64,000 bases of DNA, from NCBI GenBank assembly GCA_029838195.1, contig JALGVJ010000005.1:32001-96000 (forward strand). Direction: 5' to 3'. The notes under the pieces were generated by a model. That model saw nothing but the letters and a program-made list of their open reading frames with translations. It searched no databases and had not been told where the DNA came from. This document shows, piece after piece, positions 1 to 10,743 of the stretch. Source of the DNA: Promethearchaeota archaeon. Lineage in GTDB: Archaea; Asgardarchaeota; Lokiarchaeia; Sigyniarchaeales; SOKP01. The first letter of the stretch is position 1. Each line of letters opens with the position of its first letter. Made by a program: the position numbers and the translations under genes.

Positions 1-420
1 TGCGCCCGTTCCCGTGCCTCCTCCCAATCCACAAGTAATGAACACGATATCGGGAGCATTCGATTCGAAAATTTCTCTTATTCTATGGGAATCTTCTTCT
101 GCAGCTTCTTTTCCTAAAATGGGATCATTACCTGAGCCTAATCCATTACATCGTTCTTTTCCAATTAATAATTTGTAATTGCTATTTGAATGAAATAAAT
201 CATGAGCATCCGTGTTAATATTTAAGGTTTCTGCATTTTCTATTCCAATTTCTTGCAATCTAGAGACGGTATTGTTTCCAGCGCCTCCCACGCCTACGAT
301 TAAGCTTTTTACTTTCAGATTTTTTAATAATTCCATTAAATATTCATCACTATCAAAGGTATCTCTAGCCCTTGCTATTTGATTAAAATAAGATTGTTCA
401 GGTTCCATATTCCACTCCAT
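1..420 (-). CDS. ftsZ: Cell division GTPase FtsZ (5' part; runs off the window start)
   Basis: Manual translation gives IVGVGGAGNNTVSRL, INTDA, GLGSGNDP and the tubulin signature GLGGGTGTGA. ATG at 420 or the in-frame ATG at 408. Confidence 0.95.
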   Translation of the reverse strand, partial: MEWNMEPEQSYFNQIARARDTFDSDEYLMELLKNLKVKSLIVGVGGAGNNTVSRLQEIGIENAETLNINTDAHDLFHSNSNYKLLIGKERCNGLGSGNDPILGKEAAEEDSHRIREIFESNAPDIVFITCGLGGGTGTGA

Positions 421-611
421 ATTTTATCTCTTTTTCCACTATATTACTAAAAGAATATTAGAATAATATAAATCAGTGATATCGAGATATTATTTCATGG
501 GGGAAGGGAAGAAAACTAAATATTTTTTTTCGTGATATTAATGAGAAAAAAAAGAAAATGAATTGATTTTTAAGGAAAAATTTTCATGAGTATAATAACC
601 GGAGGGATTAA

Positions 612-851
612 ATGGAAGTTAATTTTAACAAGGAAAAAAGCTCAAACGCATTGGATCGTGAAAAACTCGATGCAGATATCATTAAAGTTAAAGCCCACCT
701 CACGTGTCCTTATTGTGGCTATAAAAAATCTTTTAAAAACAAATTTATTCGCTCTAATATGGAACAAATGGTAGTCTCCTTAAAAATATTTGATTGGATG
801 ACATGTACCTGTGGAGAGCTTCTTATTTTAAATTTAGAATTTGAAATTTGA
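612..851 (+). CDS. Small zinc-ribbon protein
   Basis: CPYC...CTC knuckles; GGAGG upstream of the start. Confidence 0.7.
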   Translation: MEVNFNKEKSSNALDREKLDADIIKVKAHLTCPYCGYKKSFKNKFIRSNMEQMVVSLKIFDWMTCTCGELLILNLEFEI

Positions 852-917
852 GATTCAATTATTAAATATTAATGAAGATAAAATTATTTTATTTTCTTGG
901 TTCTTTTTTATCGTCCG

Positions 918-2225
918 TTAAATATTAATTTTGATTTCTCCATAAGTTCCCCCTCCTCCTGGTAAATATTCTATTTCATCCTTTCTAAAAGCATTAATAA
1001 TTAAAGCTATTTTTTCGTTATATTTTTGAATTTCTTGAATATCTAAATCAATAAGAACATGAAATTCAGGGCCAAGTTTCTTAATAATCTCATCATACAT
1101 CTTTTTAATGGTTTTAGTAGAAGTACTTTTTATTCCTTTCACGGCACGAATGATATCAATTAAAGGAATCGCATTAATATAAGGTGGGCGATGAGGAGGA
1201 TGTTGAGGGGTTTTAGTGGAGGATAATATTTCTATTCGTTCACTCACGCCTAATCGAATTTTATAAGATTTTCCCACTTGTTCCTTACAAGCTGGACAAA
1301 TAACTTTATTTCGAGAAACTTGATTGATATATTCTGCTCTAGATTTTTCAGGATTCTCAGAGAAATAAGTTATAAAATCGTGCGTGATTTGATAATTAGA
1401 GAACGGTAAGATAGTGGAAGTTATGTTTTTCTTGAATAAAACTCTTCGACGACATTTCGAGCAGAACATGTTATAATATTTACCTAATTTAGGATGAAGG
1501 CCAACATTTAATATTATTCTCCTTTCATTCTTTCTCCTCAAAGCCAATTCAATTTCTTCAAAAGAAGGATGTTCTATTTCGAACTGATTGAACTCTCGTC
1601 CAAGGGAGCGGGGATGTTCTGAATGGGCATCACTATTACTAAGAAAAGAGACGTCTTTTAAACATCCTAATCTATCTGCTAAATCTGTATTTGCAGACAA
1701 TCCTAATTCAAGAAAAAATACTTTTTTTATAGAATCTTGGTAGCATTTTTCTAAGGTTTCATATCTATCTTGTCTAAAAATAGCTTTAAAAGGAGTGAAC
1801 GCATGAGCCGGTCCAATAATAGCACCATGCTCATCTAACATATCAACTAATTCGGGAGGAGTTAGGTTTACCCGAGGTCGTCCACCCCATTCATTTAGGA
1901 TGTTTTTTGAATGAGGCTTTAATTCATCTTGAATTTCTTTCACGCTGTTAAAATCGGGAAAAAAGACAATATGATGGATTGATTCCGAATCCTCAATTTC
2001 AGTTTGCAGGATAAAATAGATATTTTTATACACGAGACCATAATTTTCCCTTTTAAGATTATTTTCCATGTATTTTTGCCAATTCGGTTGTAATATGTCT
2101 CCCGTTCCCACGATATTTAATCCTTTATGCCGACACGTAGCTACGATGGTATCTAAATTCATGGTTTTTGATACGGCTATGGAATGAGGACCATGAATAT
2201 GAAGATCCGCTTTATATATTTTCAT
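918..2225 (-). CDS. PHP-family phosphoesterase / endonuclease Q-like (TIGR00375-type) protein
   Basis: DLHIH, PAHAFTP, ELGLSA, SNSDAHS, LGREFN, GKYY, a split Zn ribbon and a C-terminal PGGGGTYG. Confidence 0.85.
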   Translation of the reverse strand: MKIYKADLHIHGPHSIAVSKTMNLDTIVATCRHKGLNIVGTGDILQPNWQKYMENNLKRENYGLVYKNIYFILQTEIEDSESIHHIVFFPDFNSVKEIQDELKPHSKNILNEWGGRPRVNLTPPELVDMLDEHGAIIGPAHAFTPFKAIFRQDRYETLEKCYQDSIKKVFFLELGLSANTDLADRLGCLKDVSFLSNSDAHSEHPRSLGREFNQFEIEHPSFEEIELALRRKNERRIILNVGLHPKLGKYYNMFCSKCRRRVLFKKNITSTILPFSNYQITHDFITYFSENPEKSRAEYINQVSRNKVICPACKEQVGKSYKIRLGVSERIEILSSTKTPQHPPHRPPYINAIPLIDIIRAVKGIKSTSTKTIKKMYDEIIKKLGPEFHVLIDLDIQEIQKYNEKIALIINAFRKDEIEYLPGGGGTYGEIKINI

Positions 2226-2318
2226 GAATTGATTGAAAACTACGTGAATGTATAATTTATTTTAAAATATCTTGAACAAATAAAAAGAAGGCCTTTATTT
2301 AAAATCATGGAAAAAAAT

Positions 2319-3161
2319 CTAACTCAAAATGATTTTCTTTAACTTTAAATATAGTCGAGTTAATTTTTTTCTTGCTAAATCATTATTCGGATTAATTTCT
2401 AATACTTTTTCAAAGTATTCAATTGCTTTTTCAAATTTTTTTATTCTTTTGTAAAGTAAGCCAAGAAAATACAATATTTCTTCATTATTCGGTTCTAAAA
2501 TTAATGCTTTTTCGAAATAATAGATGGCTTTTTCATGATCTCGTAGGTCTTTATATAATAAGGCCACATCCAACCAATTCAGCACGTCATCGGGATTCAT
2601 TTCTAATACTTTCTCATGATACTGAATGGCTTTATTAATTTCGCCCATCTCATGATAAATAATAGCCAAATTCTTTTGTAGATAATCCGCATCCGGATCT
2701 ATTTTTATGGCTAACTTCATGAAGCGAATAGCTTGTTCATATTCTCTTTTATCTTTATATAATAACGCTAAATTGTTTAAAGCATCAAAATTTGAAGGAT
2801 CTAATTCAAAAGCTCGCTTATAATAATCAATAGCCCCATCAAATTGTTTGTTATCTTCCAAAGAGTATCCTAGATTATAAAGTATGGTAGCGTCATCAGG
2901 ATTTAATTCGAGGGCTTTACGATAACATTCTATCGCCTTATCATGATTGGATAAATAAGAATACGTGAGACCCAACGAATTCCACACGTCTTCGAAAAAC
3001 GGATAAATTTCCAAAGCTTTTTTATAACATTCGATGGCTTTATTATATTCTTTATTATCAAAAAAAGCATCTCCGAGGTTGATCCATAGATTTACATCCT
3101 TCGGATCACTTTCAAGCGATTTTTGGTATTTTTTAATCATCGTAGTGTCTATTATTAACAT
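2319..3161 (-). CDS. Tetratricopeptide repeat protein
   Basis: About seven 34-aa repeats of the form W..LG..Y......KAIE.Y.KALEL.P. Confidence 0.9.
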   Translation of the reverse strand: MLIIDTTMIKKYQKSLESDPKDVNLWINLGDAFFDNKEYNKAIECYKKALEIYPFFEDVWNSLGLTYSYLSNHDKAIECYRKALELNPDDATILYNLGYSLEDNKQFDGAIDYYKRAFELDPSNFDALNNLALLYKDKREYEQAIRFMKLAIKIDPDADYLQKNLAIIYHEMGEINKAIQYHEKVLEMNPDDVLNWLDVALLYKDLRDHEKAIYYFEKALILEPNNEEILYFLGLLYKRIKKFEKAIEYFEKVLEINPNNDLARKKLTRLYLKLKKIILS

Positions 3162-3507
3162 ATGAATCTACCAAGATTAATTTATCCAAGAATCTAAAGA
3201 TCTAAGAAATTATTAAAATTCACGTTCATTGAATTAAAAATAGCAAGGGAGAATTAAAAAAATTAGAATAGAAACAAGAAAAAATCGAATAAAAATTATA
3301 ATTATCATTTTTTCAAGAAGCCAATTTTTTCTGTCAAATTGGATCCTTCGAAAAATCTATAAGTTAGATAAAACCGACAAACGTAAGGAGAGACTTTTAT
3401 AAAGAATAAAAATTTAAAAAGATATTAAACCATTACTTAAATAAGATTAAAATTAAAGAAATTATATACATGAGAACATTCTTAAATTAAACGTCCATTC
3501 ATGAAAA

Positions 3508-3873
3508 ATGACCCCTCCCATAGATTTCGAGGCTATCATTAATGATTTATTGGAAAAATGCAATCCCCTCATCTATTTCATCATAGTCTCTAGTCTTAAT
3601 GGAGTGGTATTGAATTCTAGAATCAATGAAGAGGAATTCAATAAAGCCTCCATTAGTTTAGACGTATCTCAATTATACGACATTAGCAAGGATGTCGTGG
3701 ATAAAATTGGCTTACAGCAACCGGAATTTACTATAATCCATTCAGATAATTATTATCTTTTATCCATCCGAATTTTAAATTATTTGTTAACCATTCTCTC
3801 CCTTGATGTGATTGATGTCAACACGGTTTTTCAAATCATCAATGACCATGTAGCGCCCTCTCAAGAATCTTAA
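3508..3873 (+). CDS. Roadblock/profilin-like fold protein
   Basis: About 120 aa with an IIVSSLNGVVLNS beta-hairpin and a helix/strand pattern like roadblock domains. Confidence 0.5.
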   Translation: MTPPIDFEAIINDLLEKCNPLIYFIIVSSLNGVVLNSRINEEEFNKASISLDVSQLYDISKDVVDKIGLQQPEFTIIHSDNYYLLSIRILNYLLTILSLDVIDVNTVFQIINDHVAPSQES

Positions 3874-4006
3874 TTTTAACCTCATGAAGAGAAACGTTTT
3901 ACTATTCTTTTTAAAGTTGTTAAGTTTTCTTCTCCTCACGATTATTGGTCTATAGAAGTCTTTTATTGTTTTCTTAATAGTTTTATAATAATAAATAATG
4001 AGGTGA

Positions 4007-4531
4007 ATGGATTTTATGAAATATGAAAAAAATCAATATTCCGAAGGCATATCAATATGTGGTTTGATCTTGGCGGGAGCTTTCATTTTTTGGGGTGTAA
4101 ACACGTTAACTAGGCCAAGAGCTTCGTGGTTGGGGTTATGGTGGTTAGGCTTCTTATGGCTAGGCATCGGATTAAGCATCTTGGCAGGAGAAATTCGTTC
4201 TATGTTAAATCGAGGAAAACTACGCAACGTAGTGAAAACGGAATTCATTCAAAATCCAAATGCTACGGTGGAAGAAATTGTTAAAAATACGGGTATATCT
4301 GAAAAAGACGTGAAAGCAATCATTTTAGACTTAAAAGCTTCAGGAGAATTAGTGGGAATCTTTTCTCCCGAAACGGGGAAATTAGAAAAAGCACGCGTTC
4401 TACCTGCACGACAAGAAGTCATTATTGAGAAAAATCCAGGAAATGAGATCGGAAAATTTTGTTCAAATTGTGGGACGCCTGTCATGAAGGAGGGAACGAT
4501 ATATTGTTCTTATTGCGGTTCAAAATTATAA
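4007..4531 (+). CDS. Membrane-anchored winged-helix + zinc-ribbon protein (paralog 1)
   Basis: Two N-terminal TM segments, a wHTH (ATVEEIVKNTGIS...IILDL) and C-terminal CSNC/CSYC. Confidence 0.75.
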   Translation: MDFMKYEKNQYSEGISICGLILAGAFIFWGVNTLTRPRASWLGLWWLGFLWLGIGLSILAGEIRSMLNRGKLRNVVKTEFIQNPNATVEEIVKNTGISEKDVKAIILDLKASGELVGIFSPETGKLEKARVLPARQEVIIEKNPGNEIGKFCSNCGTPVMKEGTIYCSYCGSKL

Positions 4532-4744
4532 TTTTTATTTTAATACATCTTAAAGCGAGAGCATATCCGAAATTTCCCGCCTTTTTTCTCTTTCCCCTTT
4601 TTTATTCACGTTTTCACGTGATAGAATTTTTAAGGTTCATTTTTATCTTTTTTATAGGTTATAGATTTTTAAAAAATATTTTACTCATGAATTTATAAAA
4701 AAATAAATACATGATAAGATATTATTAAAATTGGTGAATCTTGT

Positions 4745-5293
4745 ATGGTAAGATATAAAGAAAATATGTACACGCAAGGAGTATCTATTTGCTGCTTGAT
4801 AATCGCAGGAGGCTTGATCTTATTTGGTTTTTTAGGCCCATTTCCCATTAGTTTGATAACGTCAATCATTGGCATTATCATTATTCTCAGTCAAATTTAT
4901 AGAATTTCTGCAAGAAGTAAATTAAGACAAGTAGTAAAGAATGAATTCTTGATGAATCCGAAAACCACGGTGAGGGATATTTGTAATTCCACGGGCATAA
5001 CGGAGAAAGATGTTCGCGCAATCATTTTAGATTTAAAAGCATCGGGAGAATTAATGGGAAAATTTTCAAGCTCAACGGGTATGTTGGAGGAAGCTTTCAT
5101 CACAAATAAGCAAAAACGCCTAGCTCAAAAACCAGCTGCTATACATTCAGTATCATCCACTCAAGCACCAGCACAAATAGCCACTCCAGAAATACCCCTT
5201 GCTGAAGTCCAACAACGTTATTGTCCTGGATGTGGAACATTAGTTGCCCAAGATGCTAAATTTTGTGAATTTTGTGGAACTGAACTGAATTAA
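4745..5293 (+). CDS. Membrane-anchored winged-helix + zinc-ribbon protein (paralog 2)
   Basis: Same architecture as paralog 1; shares AIILDLKASGEL; C-terminal CPGC/CEFC. Confidence 0.75.
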   Translation: MVRYKENMYTQGVSICCLIIAGGLILFGFLGPFPISLITSIIGIIIILSQIYRISARSKLRQVVKNEFLMNPKTTVRDICNSTGITEKDVRAIILDLKASGELMGKFSSSTGMLEEAFITNKQKRLAQKPAAIHSVSSTQAPAQIATPEIPLAEVQQRYCPGCGTLVAQDAKFCEFCGTELN

Positions 5294-5380
5294 CTTTAAA
5301 AATTTATTTTCTTTTTATCGTGATTATAAAAAGAAGGAAAGTTAAAATACAATTAGAAAAAAAAAAATACGGCAATTTTT

Positions 5381-6364
5381 TTAGGGAGGGTATCTCAATT
5401 CATAGATACTCTTTCCTCCATTAAGAGGTCCCTTTAAATAAGGCTCGATTTCTTTTGGATCTCTTTGCGTGATGCCCTCGATAGGGGGTAATTTTCCGGG
5501 AGGAAACGTCTTTAAAATATCATTAACGAGTCTCTCGAGGTAATCTAAAAAGGCTTCCATTCCGGGTTTCCCTTTTTCAAATGATGCCTTACTTGGACAT
5601 CCCACGTGCCCTTCAGGATACGCAGAAACTTCGATTGGGCCAAATCCTACTTGTCCATACCATTTAATCGGATAATTATAAACATTGCCCGCTTTATCCA
5701 CGTGTCCCTCAGGCATCCAGCCTTGAACTTCATTGTCTTCACTAGAATCAATTTTTTTAATCATTTCAGGAAATAAAGTCATGGAAAAGGACGTTTCTGC
5801 CTCATCCGCATGAATGAAAGGCGTTTCAAAAGGTCCACCGTGTGCCTTATCCTTACAATACTCGGGAATCGCATGGTACCAATTTACGTTGCAAATCAAC
5901 ATTGGGAGTTGATATTTTTTAGCGAATTCATGAATAGCAGAAGGAATGACGTATTCTTGTCCATGGCCATTAAGTAAGATCATTTTTCGAAATCCCATAT
6001 TCCAACAACCTGCCATGACCGCCCGCACGAGTCCTTTAAAGATTTCTTCTGGAACTACAATTGTTCCTGGCATGCCTAAGTGGTGATATGGGTGAGAGCC
6101 ATACCATGTTGGCTGTGTAACAGTACAACCGGTTTTCTGTGCCACTAATTCGGCCATTCGGGTGACTAAAAAAGTGTCCTCACCAATGCAAGCAGCAGGA
6201 CCATGATTTTCTGTGGAGCCAAGGGGAATGATGATGACATCATTTTTCTTTACTCGTTCTCTTATTTCAGCGATACTCATATTTTGGAGATAAATTCCAT
6301 CCGGGAGGTCCATGTGTCCGCCTTTAGGAGGCAAGTTCCAATCCGTCATATATTTTAATTTCAC
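5381..6364 (-). CDS. iolN: 3-dehydro-scyllo-inosose hydrolase (creatininase family)
   Basis: GSTENHG, NGHGQ and HADEAETS motifs; lies among iolM, iolO and iolG homologs. Confidence 0.8.
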   Translation of the reverse strand: MKLKYMTDWNLPPKGGHMDLPDGIYLQNMSIAEIRERVKKNDVIIIPLGSTENHGPAACIGEDTFLVTRMAELVAQKTGCTVTQPTWYGSHPYHHLGMPGTIVVPEEIFKGLVRAVMAGCWNMGFRKMILLNGHGQEYVIPSAIHEFAKKYQLPMLICNVNWYHAIPEYCKDKAHGGPFETPFIHADEAETSFSMTLFPEMIKKIDSSEDNEVQGWMPEGHVDKAGNVYNYPIKWYGQVGFGPIEVSAYPEGHVGCPSKASFEKGKPGMEAFLDYLERLVNDILKTFPPGKLPPIEGITQRDPKEIEPYLKGPLNGGKSIYELRYPP

Positions 6365-6470
6365 CTTTTTTTTTAATTAGGCTTATGAAACAAAATTTTT
6401 CATTACGATTAAACTTTTTAAATAATTTCATGTTAATTTTTTCTAAATAGTAAAATCTATAAAAATTATC

Positions 6471-7295
6471 ATGAAATTAAGTATAGTTGCCTCATTAAAT
6501 GAGAATAGGCTTATTCAAGATGAAATATATAAAAAATTTACTTCTATAGTGGATTTTTTAAAATCACTATTATATGATGGAATAGAATTAAGTTTATTAG
6601 AACCTGAAAAAATTGATACGAATAAGATAGTGGAAATTTTAGAATCCCGGGACATGGAGATCTCCGCTTTGGGTACGGGGAGCACGTTCATCCGATTTGG
6701 ATATTCTTTAGGACATCATGAAGAGTCCATCCGGAAGAAAGCGATTGAACGGGTGGGAGAATTCATCAAATTCGCAAAAGAAACTAATTCAAAAGTCATC
6801 ATTGGTTTGATTCGTGGGAGGTATGCTCATGAAAGCAATCCGAAGAAAGAACGAGTAAATATCGAATCTTCTTTAAAGGAATGTTGTAGAATGGCCGAAA
6901 TATATGATGTTGAGCTTCTTTTTGAACCCATCAACAGTTTTGAAATTGATTCGTACAATACCATTTCAGAATCAGTCAATCTGATTGAAAAAATAGGTTC
7001 TGATAATTTACGATTGTTAATCGACTCATTTCACACGTATTTGGAAGAAGATCCGGGGTTTATTTGGGATTATCTTAAGAAGGTTGCTCCTTTAGTTTCC
7101 CACGTCCATTTAGCGGATAGCACGAGAAGAGCACCTGGTTCGGGTCATTTTGATTTTAAAACCTTTTTAAGTACCTTCATTCACGCAGGATATAAAGGGT
7201 ATGCTTCAATTGAAACGATCATGAAACCCTCTTTCGAAGAGGTCGCTCGATCTTCCATGGATTTTCTAAGCCTCTTATTAAAATCCATTAAATAA
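6471..7295 (+). CDS. iolO: Sugar isomerase/epimerase (xylose isomerase-like TIM barrel), 5-keto-L-gluconate epimerase-like
   Basis: EPINSFE, DSFH, HLADSTRRAPGSGHFDF and IIGLIRG motifs; inositol cluster context. Confidence 0.7.
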   Translation: MKLSIVASLNENRLIQDEIYKKFTSIVDFLKSLLYDGIELSLLEPEKIDTNKIVEILESRDMEISALGTGSTFIRFGYSLGHHEESIRKKAIERVGEFIKFAKETNSKVIIGLIRGRYAHESNPKKERVNIESSLKECCRMAEIYDVELLFEPINSFEIDSYNTISESVNLIEKIGSDNLRLLIDSFHTYLEEDPGFIWDYLKKVAPLVSHVHLADSTRRAPGSGHFDFKTFLSTFIHAGYKGYASIETIMKPSFEEVARSSMDFLSLLLKSIK

Positions 7296-7397
7296 TCATT
7301 TTTACTTTTTTACTCGTAAACATTTTGGATGATAAGAATAAAAAATTTATCCCATTATTGAAAGGCTTTTTAAGTATCGTTTTTTTAATCTTTTGGT

Positions 7398-8576
7398 TCA
7401 GTCTAATTTCGTGGAGATTTTACAATGTTCTCGAGCGGTTTGCAATAACTTAAGATTCTCTTTCACATCATTCAGAGTAATCTCTTTGGTTATCATGGGT
7501 GTCATATCCATACCGGTCGCCATGCAACTGATCACGTTAGGAAAGGTTCCGTGACCACTATGTCCTTGAGCCCCCACGATGCGCGCTCGTTTCACTTGGA
7601 AATATTCTCCACAAACGGGCATTCTCTGTTCGGCTCGAGCCACAATGACGACAGTGCTATTTACATTCTTACATTCCCAGATTGCGTTTTGAATGTCTTC
7701 AATTACCACTCGAGGTAAGCCCGTTGCTTCTAAGTATAAGGCGGCCCCTTCGTTATCCGTGTATTCCTTGACTTTCTCAACAAAATTTTCTTTCATGGGA
7801 TTAATTATGTAATCTGCACCCATTTTTTTTGCTAAGTGAGCTCGATGCTCGTTAGGCTCTGAGACGATGCAAACTGCAGCACCTCCTCGTTTCAATATTT
7901 TTGTAGCAGCTATTCCAATGGGACCAGCCCCTAAAATTACTACATTCTCTCCCGGGCGGATACCACCTCCTCGCTCAATAACTGCATTATATGCAACAGA
8001 AGTAGGTTCTACTAAACTCCCTATTTTAAAAATATCATCATATTTTCCCTCTAATTTTTTCAAACTCCAACATAGTTTCGCCGGCACAGCAATATATTCT
8101 GCAAAAGCGCCATCAATAGAAAACCCTATTTCTTGAAGCCGCTCGCAATGGTTCGGATAGCCATCGCAGCATGGCTTGCACTCTCCACACCACACCATTT
8201 CTTCCACGGTAACGGGTTCTCCGATTTCATAGGGCTTTCCTGTCCTTTTATTGAAGGCCTTTTCCCCTGCCTTAATAATTTCGCCTGAAAATTCATGACC
8301 CAACGTTACGGGAAAGGCCGTGAGTCCCGGATAATAAATGTAGCCATCATCATAAGTCTGTACCATGTGCACATCAGAACCGCAAATACCACAGCGTTTA
8401 ACTTTTATCAATACCTCGTTAGGCTTGATCTCGGGAATCTTCTTTTCCACGATTTCAACGGACGGATTTCTCCAAACTAATGAGCCCAAATACGTTAATT
8501 TTCCTTCAATATCTTTCGGTCCTAATTTATATTCTGGCTTAGGATCCCACTCCGCTCGCAACTCCACGGCTTTCAT
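7398..8576 (-). CDS. iolM: scyllo-inosose 3-dehydrogenase (Zn-dependent medium-chain dehydrogenase)
   Basis: CGICGSD, GHEFSG, a structural Zn site CGECKPC...C, GAGPIG and the C-terminal GAQGHSGHGTFP typical of IolM. Confidence 0.8.
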   Translation of the reverse strand: MKAVELRAEWDPKPEYKLGPKDIEGKLTYLGSLVWRNPSVEIVEKKIPEIKPNEVLIKVKRCGICGSDVHMVQTYDDGYIYYPGLTAFPVTLGHEFSGEIIKAGEKAFNKRTGKPYEIGEPVTVEEMVWCGECKPCCDGYPNHCERLQEIGFSIDGAFAEYIAVPAKLCWSLKKLEGKYDDIFKIGSLVEPTSVAYNAVIERGGGIRPGENVVILGAGPIGIAATKILKRGGAAVCIVSEPNEHRAHLAKKMGADYIINPMKENFVEKVKEYTDNEGAALYLEATGLPRVVIEDIQNAIWECKNVNSTVVIVARAEQRMPVCGEYFQVKRARIVGAQGHSGHGTFPNVISCMATGMDMTPMITKEITLNDVKENLKLLQTAREHCKISTKLD

Positions 8577-9151
8577 GCTTTTATTTTCACTCTCTTTTTC
8601 TTTTTATTCTTTTTAGATATTTTATTTTTTTATAGGCATGCAAAATTCATATATTCTTATTGGTACAAAAAGTTTATTAAAAATCAATATACTCAAAAAG
8701 TTTTAAATTGGAAAGAAATAATTAATCATGTTCTAATTAATTATCTCTCAAATTAAATGCATTTTAGAAAAAAAATTTCTATTCTTTATCTTTTAAAAAT
8801 TTTACGATTTAAAATGAGAGTATTTTTAAGTTTTTACTTTTAACGAATCTTAAAAATCTTCAATAATGCTCCGATGTAAAGCGTAGCCATCACCTCTTGA
8901 GTTTTGTCGAAAAGCGAGTGATCTCATTGTACAATGGGTTAAAGCTTTCTTATATAGAAATGGCATAAAAATAATCATTTTTACAGAGTGTACCTTCTAT
9001 GATTGAATTCGACATGATTTAAGATGGGATAGAGCACATTTTTATCGATTATTGATAAATGATGTTTAAAGTTCCATCAATTATGGAGAATCAAAAATAA
9101 GCCTAAAAAATAAAGACAAAAAAAAATAATGAAAATAAAAAAATGAATAAA

Positions 9152-10564
9152 TTAAGGTTGTTCTAATTTTTTTTGCTTCTCCGCATGTAATTCTGTTAGC
9201 TTTCTCCTGTTCTCCATTAATCGTTCTCCGTGTATCGGATAGAAATACATGCCAATAGCAGATATTATTAAAACGATTGCCGGATAAATGCCCATTAAAA
9301 TGCGGAGCGCAAAAACAGTGTCTACACCGGGGTTAGGGACGTATGTTTGCCAGTCTGCTGAAGAAAATACTATTCCAATTATTACAAAATTGATCATGGA
9401 ACTTAACCGGATTAGAAAATTAATCACTGCATAATAGGCTCCCGATCTTCTGGTTCCATGAGTAATTTCATCCTCATCAATGATCTCCGCAATGCATTGG
9501 TCGTAAAAATAAAGCCCTCCGCCTAGACCAACTCCCTCGAAAAAAGATACAACGAATGCCATTACAGGATTCGTGGAAAACGCAAAAATCATTATAGGAA
9601 TTAACCAAAAAATGATCCCAACTAATCCGGACATTCGTGCGCCCCATTTAACTCGAATTTTCTCCCAGAGAGGAGTTGAAGCAGCAGCCATGAGAAACAT
9701 TATCAAGAGGATGATACCAATTAAATCTGCATCGTCAATTCCAATAGCGTAAGTCATATGAAGGGGAGCCAAAGTCGGAAGAATTCCGATAACCATCCAC
9801 GTCCCAAGGGCGGGAAAAAGGAACCATAAGAATGCTTTGTTCTGAAGGTTTTTTTTAAAGGTGGTAAAGAAGCCCATAGCAGTTTCTGCATCCTTTGAAA
9901 AGACTTTGGGTTCTTTACAGCCCCATTTCAAGATAATGAAATACGCCACGAAAATAATAATGGCTGCAATGAGGCCCACAATCTGGAATTGAGTCAAGGT
10001 TTCTGGTCTATTATATCGATTGGTAATGTCTTCGATAATGAAGGAAGGAAAAAGGTAAGCAAAGATGGTTCCTAACATGACAAAAGAGATGCGTATTTTT
10101 CCGGTAGAGCTTCGGTCCCTCATGTCCACGAACATTTCGGAAAATAAAGCGTTGTAATTCAAATTGAATGCCGTGTAGATCGTGTCAAAAAGAATGAGAA
10201 CGATGAGAAAATAAGCGAAGTTTAATACATCAGAATTTGCATCTATAGGTGGAGTAAATAGTAAAATCATTAAAATTCCCAGAGGTATGGTTGCGGCTGC
10301 CATCCACGGCACTCTTCGGCCCCATCGGGTTTTCGTTTTATCAGAGAGCCAACCGGTAATTGGATCATTAAATGCATTCCATAAGCTCCATAATATAAAG
10401 CCTGTACTAATCCAAAGTACCGGAAGTTTTACTACTGTAAAATAAAACGTGAAAATTAAAAAGTTAAAAATATTCAATGCTGTGTTATCTCCGACCTCTC
10501 CAATGGCGAACGCGATCCGGGTACCTGTAGAAACTTTTTGAATGGTGGTTGTTGTTTCACTCAT
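9152..10564 (-). CDS. MFS transporter of the GPH (MelB-like) family; candidate inositol or inositol-glycoside permease
   Basis: NDPITGWLSDKTKTRWGRR motif and about 12 TM segments. Confidence 0.85.
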   Translation of the reverse strand: MSETTTTIQKVSTGTRIAFAIGEVGDNTALNIFNFLIFTFYFTVVKLPVLWISTGFILWSLWNAFNDPITGWLSDKTKTRWGRRVPWMAAATIPLGILMILLFTPPIDANSDVLNFAYFLIVLILFDTIYTAFNLNYNALFSEMFVDMRDRSSTGKIRISFVMLGTIFAYLFPSFIIEDITNRYNRPETLTQFQIVGLIAAIIIFVAYFIILKWGCKEPKVFSKDAETAMGFFTTFKKNLQNKAFLWFLFPALGTWMVIGILPTLAPLHMTYAIGIDDADLIGIILLIMFLMAAASTPLWEKIRVKWGARMSGLVGIIFWLIPIMIFAFSTNPVMAFVVSFFEGVGLGGGLYFYDQCIAEIIDEDEITHGTRRSGAYYAVINFLIRLSSMINFVIIGIVFSSADWQTYVPNPGVDTVFALRILMGIYPAIVLIISAIGMYFYPIHGERLMENRRKLTELHAEKQKKLEQP

Positions 10565-10743
10565 TTTTATCCCTTTTAATTTAATTTTAACATATTAAAC
10601 TTAATAAAACACTTTTTTATGAAATAATTTATGTTGTTTAAAATTATTGTTTTTGACATATAAATAGATTTTCATCATATTAATTGAGTCTTATACTTTA
10701 AAGAAAAAGTCTTGAATTGAAGAAAAATAAAAGGTATTAAAGC

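Noticed and set aside
8860-9060. Slightly GC-richer intergenic patch between iolM and the MFS gene
   Set aside because: No convincing ORF, stable structure or repeat; possibly a gene remnant.
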